Shown here: positions 6,860-11,256 of the stretch, piece by piece | How positions within the stretch are numbered: the first letter of the stretch is position 1 | How the letters are laid out: each line of letters opens with the position of its first letter | NCBI GenBank assembly: GCA_963709405.1 | Contig: CAVPXM010000080.1 | Coordinates: forward strand, 1 to 11,256 | From: an uncultured Nitrososphaerales archaeon | GTDB lineage: Archaea > Thermoproteota > Nitrososphaeria > Nitrososphaerales > Nitrososphaeraceae | DNA: 11,256 nt | Direction of reading: 5' to 3' | The notes under the pieces: model-generated | What the model saw: the letters and a program-made list of their open reading frames with translations, nothing else | What the model was told of the DNA's origin: nothing | Databases searched by the model: none | Program-made: the position numbers and the translations under genes

Positions 6860-8704
6860 ATGTTGTCTATTGATGGAATCGATACAGAACATGAACCCTT
6901 TCAGAAAAGTAGCAGTAGCAATAATAGTAATATTTTGCAGTTTATGAAAAAATATCAAATCGCCAATTATCAGCAGCTTTTAAAGAGATCTGTTGAGTAC
7001 ATAGAATGGTATTGGAATGCAGTAAACGAAGACCTCAGTTTGGAATGGTTCCATAGGTATAATCAAGTTTTTGATTAATCTGAAGGGCTTCCGAGAACAA
7101 AATGGTTCCTAGATGGCAAATGCAATATAGTTTACAATGCAGTTGATAGACATGCTAAAAATCATCCTGGAAAGACTGCATATATTTTCGAAAATGAAAT
7201 GGGAATTACTAAAAGAATCTCATATCAGCAGCTGGCCAATGAAGTAAATTCTCTGGCTATTGCTTTGAAACATGCAGGTGTAAAAAAGGGGAATACCATT
7301 GGGATATATATGCCAACGATCCCAGAAGCATTTTTTTCGATGTTTGCCTGTTCTAAAATAGGCGCAGTGCATACGACTGTGTTTTCTGGCTTTGGTAGTC
7401 GAGCATTATGCTCAAGACTTCAAGATTGTAACGCACAAATATTAATTACTGCAGATGCAATGCAACGAAAATCCCTACATATAGATCTTAAAAAAAGGTG
7501 GATTAAAGCATTAGAAGAAACAAATATCTCAAAGGTAATCACTGTAGGGAAAGCAGATAGTTACAATAACGTGGAAATTATCACCTATAATGAATTCACC
7601 AAAAATTACGATGGAATGTCTTGTGATACCGAAGTCATGAATTCTGAAGATCCGCTTTTTATACTCTACACTTCAGGCACAACAGGTAAACCAAAAGGAA
7701 CGGTGCAAGTACATGGAGGATATATGGTTGTGTCTGCACAACAAGCGTCTTATCTTATTGATATGAAACCGCAGGATGTGTTATTTTGGTATGCAGATAT
7801 CGGGTGGATAACTGGCCAAACATGGGTTGTTTATGGCAGTTCTCTGATTGGAGGGACAGCGTTAGTATATGATGGTCATTTAGATTATCCGGAGATTGAT
7901 ACATGGTGCAAATTAATTCAAAAATATAAAGTGACAATTTTCGGAATAGCCCCTACAGCAATAAGGAACTTTATGAGAGAAAATATTTCGTTGGATAATT
8001 ACGATTTTTCTTCATTAAGAATTCTAGCTACGACCGGTGAACCGATAAATAAAGAAGCATGGTTATGGTATTTTGAAAATGTAGGAAGAAAACAATGTCC
8101 AATAATTAATCTATCAGGAGGTACGGAGATCGGAGGAGCTATACTTAGCGCCTCACCAATTATTTCGCTTAAGCCTTGCACAGTGGGATTTCCAGTGCCT
8201 GGATTTGATGCAGATGTTCTCGACGATAAAGGTAAGCGGACTGCCCATGGTTTTCTTATCATTAGAAAGCCTTGGCCTTCAATGACCAGAGGAATACTAG
8301 CAGACTGGAATAGATTTATTGAAACATATTGGTCAAAATATGGCAATGATATATGGTATCATGGGGACGTTGTATTTGTTGATCCTGCTGATGGTTTATG
8401 GTATATTTTGGGTAGAGCAGATGATATAATCAAGGCTTCAGGACATAGAATAGAATCTGCTGAAATAGAAGGAGCTATCTCGTCTCATCACGCAGTTGCA
8501 GAAGCTGCAGTGATCGGAATGCCAGATAAAATAAAAGGAGAATCAGTAACTGCATTCATAGTCTTAAAGAAGGTATCTCCCTCCCCTAAAGATATGGAAA
8601 AAAATTTAAAAAGTGAAATCTTAAAAATCGTTGAAAGTTTAGTTGGAAGATTTGCTTGTCCCAAAAATATTATATTTGTAGAAGATTTGCCTAGGACAAG
8701 AACC
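6860..8704 (+). pseudogene. acs: Acetyl-CoA synthetase (AMP-forming) family gene, split by an in-frame TAA and cut at the 3' end
   Basis: ORFs 6860-7078 and 7199-8740 share a frame. After TAA 7076-7078 the frame continues SEGLPRTKWFLDGKCNIVYNAVDRH. Motifs are YTSGTTGKPKG, ADIGWITG, GEP, GGTEIGG, GD, GRADD and DLPRTRT. The expected GKIxR with the A10 lysine is absent. Confidence 0.92.
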
Positions 8705-9572
8705 CGGCCCATGATGAAGCGGGAAGCAAACTGGGATTGAAGGCGTAGTGACACGCGCCGCATTCCTTCTTATACGTGGTGTTCTCGGGTAGGACCCGCA
8801 GACTGCGCGGCGCGGGAAGCCGCGACAACCACGTGAGAGTTGCCACCGCCCCTGCCGCAAATACCATGAGGACCGCGACGGCGAGCAGGGGCCGCGCCGA
8901 ACGTGGCACTGGGACAGGGGCTCCAGGCGGGAGCTTCTTCCATCCCGTGATGATGGCACGCACGAGATTATCATGTGTAAGCAGGCTCTCCGTGACCACG
9001 CCGACGATGTGGCAAGTCACCATCGCAAGCAAAAGAATCACAAGCCAGAGGTGGACTTGCTTGGCTGCTAAGCCCACCGAATAGCCGATGATCGTCGCCA
9101 GTGGCCCCTGTTGTTCCTCGCCGCCCAGTACAAGCAGCCCGGTCCCGACCAACGCGATAAGCACGCCGGCCAGAGCGAACACCATCAGCGCACCAGTCGG
9201 GTTGTGGCCGACGTAATGAGGCGGTCGGAGCAGCAGCAGGCCCCATAGATGTTCGAACGTGTTTCGCGGCGGGTAGATGAAGCTTACAACTCGGCTGTAC
9301 TCAGACCCGAAGATGCCCCAGACCAGTCGAAACACCATGAGTGCAACCAGCCCATAGCCGGCCCAGACGTGAACATCCATCCACCACTCGGGCGCAACGA
9401 ACCCTGTAAACACGCCAACCGCGACCAGCAACACGAGTATCCAGTGGAAAAGCCGCGTCGGCAGATCCCAGACCTTGACCCAGCGGTTGGCTACCGGTCC
9501 GGCCAGCACTTCCAGGTTCTGTGACGGGTCGGCCTCTACAGGCGGAATGCTGTTTTTCGGAGTCTCTGTCAT
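8691..9572 (-). CDS. Cytochrome b (HyaC/b561-like) fused to a diheme cytochrome c domain, 3'-truncated
   Basis: VWDLPTRLFHW, HVWAGY, GHNPTG and four to five TM helices with His ligands are followed by YKKECGACHYAFNPSLLPASSW, typical of a DHC N-terminus. There is only one CxxCH, and the stop lies within the acs DNA. Confidence 0.88.
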   Translation of the reverse strand: MTETPKNSIPPVEADPSQNLEVLAGPVANRWVKVWDLPTRLFHWILVLLVAVGVFTGFVAPEWWMDVHVWAGYGLVALMVFRLVWGIFGSEYSRVVSFIYPPRNTFEHLWGLLLLRPPHYVGHNPTGALMVFALAGVLIALVGTGLLVLGGEEQQGPLATIIGYSVGLAAKQVHLWLVILLLAMVTCHIVGVVTESLLTHDNLVRAIITGWKKLPPGAPVPVPRSARPLLAVAVLMVFAAGAVATLTWLSRLPAPRSLRVLPENTTYKKECGACHYAFNPSLLPASSWAGFLS

Positions 9573-9844
9573 GAGATCTCTGTCGCCGTTCTACCCGCGG
9601 CACCCAGCTTGTGCTCGATAATGATAGTGGGTTCCCCGGGAACATATTTTTTCAGGTAAGGGATCAGTGCCCGCGTCTGCAAATCGCCATAACCGCCCGG
9701 CGATCCGCCGCGGAGGATGGTGAGGGTCTTCCCTTGATAATAGGCAGTCTGCGCCCAGGATAACCCTGACGGGAGGGAATCATGGATCCACAAAAGTGCC
9801 GCCAGAAAACTCAGGCGTCTGAGGCTATTCTTTCTGATCTCCAT
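9569..9844 (-). pseudogene. N-terminal fragment of a TctC/Bug-family periplasmic binding protein
   Basis: Signal peptide from ATG 9844, then YYQGKTLTILRGGSPGGYGDLQTRALIPYLKKYVPGEPTIIIEHKLGAAG, which aligns with the N-terminus of the 10081-11109 protein. It stops after about 90 aa. Confidence 0.85.
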
Positions 9845-9983
9845 ATTTTTGTCCCTTTTTCTATCGGAAAATATCAGGCCAAAGGAGAGGAACGGTGTGT
9901 TGTCCGGGGATCGCCGCGATCCTGCCACTTATCGAGAGAATTTTCCAGAAGAGAGAGAAAGCCTTCGCTTTGCAGCATTTGTC

Positions 9984-10013
9984 TTGACACCTTCATTGAC
10001 GCGGCAATATGAT
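9984..10013 (+). promoter_or_regulatory. Sigma70-type promoter
   Basis: TTGACA (9984-9989), an 18-nt spacer and TATGAT (10008-10013), upstream of ATG 10081. Confidence 0.6.
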
Positions 10014-10080
10014 TCGCGCGTACTGTCCGGTCGATAGAGTTGGTTATAACGCCTGGGTCCCAGGCAGTCTGGAGAGCGAT

Positions 10081-11109
10081 ATGACAAGTTTCGCACTTGC
10101 GTTGTTGTTTCTTTTGGCTTCGATATCCAGTCTCCAAGCTCAGACTCCTTTCTATCAAGGAAAAACCATCAGGATCGTCGTCGGCAATCTTGCGGGAGAT
10201 GCCTATGATCTATGGGCGAGAATCTTCGCCCAATACATGGGCAAGTACATCCCGGGAAATCCCAATTTCATTGTGCAGAACATGACCGGAGCAGGCGGCG
10301 TGACTGCCGCCAATTATGTTTATGCCGTTGCGAAACCCGATGGTCTGACGATGGGAACATTCGGTCCTTCGATGTATTTTGATCAACTTTCAGGACGAAA
10401 AGAGGTTCAGTTTGACTGGTCAAAGTTCACTTGGATAGGCACGCCGGAGCAAACCGAGTTTATTTTAATCATGAGGACGGATAATCCGTACAAATCCATT
10501 GAGGATGTCCGCAAAGCGGCGGTGCCGCCTAAGTGCGGTGCCACGGGAACGAGCACTTCCGGCTATTACATCCCGAAGTTCTTGGACGAAGGTATGGGGA
10601 TCAAGTTCAACATCGTCACCGGTTACCCAGGCGGCGGTGAGATTGACCTCGGCATCGAGCGCGGCGAATTGCACTGCCGCAACTTGACGATTAGTACCTA
10701 TTTTGCGCGCGAGCCGTTTCTAACCTGGCACAAGAACGGTTTTGTTCGCCCGATCATGCAAACGCCAAAGAAGCGAGATGCAAGAGTTTCCGATGTCCCG
10801 ACTATTTATGAATTGATGGACCAATACAAGACGTTCGAGATAAACCGTCGTGTGGCCACGGTCTTGCTCGCCCCGGCAGTTTTCGGCAGGCCCATGGTGG
10901 CTACGCCGGGTGTGCCGCCGGATAGGGTAAAAATCTTGCGTGACGCGTATCACACGTCGCTCAAAGATCCAGCGCTACTGGAAGACTTAAAGAAGAGACG
11001 ATGGGAGGTGGACGCAATCAGCGGGGAAGAGATGGCCAATCTGGCGAAAGAGGTGATTTCCCAACCACCGGAGGTCATTGAGCGGATGAAGAAACTGTTA
11101 GAAAATTAG
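10081..11109 (+). CDS. Tripartite tricarboxylate transporter substrate-binding protein (TctC/Bug family)
   Basis: Signal peptide MTSFALALLFLLASISSLQA is preceded by GGAGAG. Motifs include FYQGKTIRIVVG...D..AR, VQNMTGAGG..AANY, AKPDGLT, GYPGG, ERGE, DVPT and PGVPPDRV. Confidence 0.92.
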   Translation: MTSFALALLFLLASISSLQAQTPFYQGKTIRIVVGNLAGDAYDLWARIFAQYMGKYIPGNPNFIVQNMTGAGGVTAANYVYAVAKPDGLTMGTFGPSMYFDQLSGRKEVQFDWSKFTWIGTPEQTEFILIMRTDNPYKSIEDVRKAAVPPKCGATGTSTSGYYIPKFLDEGMGIKFNIVTGYPGGGEIDLGIERGELHCRNLTISTYFAREPFLTWHKNGFVRPIMQTPKKRDARVSDVPTIYELMDQYKTFEINRRVATVLLAPAVFGRPMVATPGVPPDRVKILRDAYHTSLKDPALLEDLKKRRWEVDAISGEEMANLAKEVISQPPEVIERMKKLLEN

Positions 11110-11256
11110 CGCACAGATTTTCCAGCTGAAGAAATGTCTTTTCAAAATCAGGCGTGATGCAGATGACAGTGATTGGCCGGGTACAGGCCGGGAGTCGTGC
11201 TATCTCTCCCAAAGTTTCGCGCCCCACGGCGGCGAGAAGAACGGCGGATAACACAA

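Noticed and set aside
11-7078. Stop-codon recoding explaining the in-frame stops
   Set aside because: The internal stops are of all three types (TAG, TGA, TAA) and occur alongside frameshifts. The intact NHL gene ends normally at TAG.
8705-8740. Genuine acs C-terminus RPMMKREANWD
   Set aside because: It is antisense cytochrome sequence beyond the junction.
7755-10953. Many short alternative-frame or antisense ORFs (e.g. 7999-8346, 8776-9084, 9301-9645, 10465-10674)
   Set aside because: They overlap well-supported genes and have no motifs, so they are shadow ORFs.
6860-11109. Functional cluster of acs, cytochrome b/c and TctC
   Set aside because: The genes lie on compositionally different segments and are truncated at the joins, so their adjacency is probably not biological.

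Overview
The window is a mosaic. Positions 1 to about 8703 are AT-rich, archaeal-looking DNA (protein families and TATA-type promoters suggest Nitrososphaeraceae; this is inference). This part is a decaying accessory region containing: a Met-rich pseudogene; three tandem zinc-finger micro-ORFs; a truncated IS110 recombinase with a structured non-coding left end (bridge-RNA candidate); a frameshifted SIR2-like remnant on the opposite strand; an intact secreted NHL beta-propeller; an HTH/coiled-coil gene and an integrase-like N-terminal fragment that diverge around a phased array of seven 11-bp GACG repeats; and an acetyl-CoA synthetase with an internal stop. At about 8703 the sequence switches abruptly to GC-rich bacterial DNA: a truncated cytochrome b/diheme cytochrome c fusion, a truncated TctC/Bug-type binding protein and a complete divergent TctC/Bug protein. 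The junctions at about 8703 and 9580 look like chimeric joins. The best candidates for novel biology are the 11-bp iteron/centromere-like array module and the archaeal IS110 left-end RNA.
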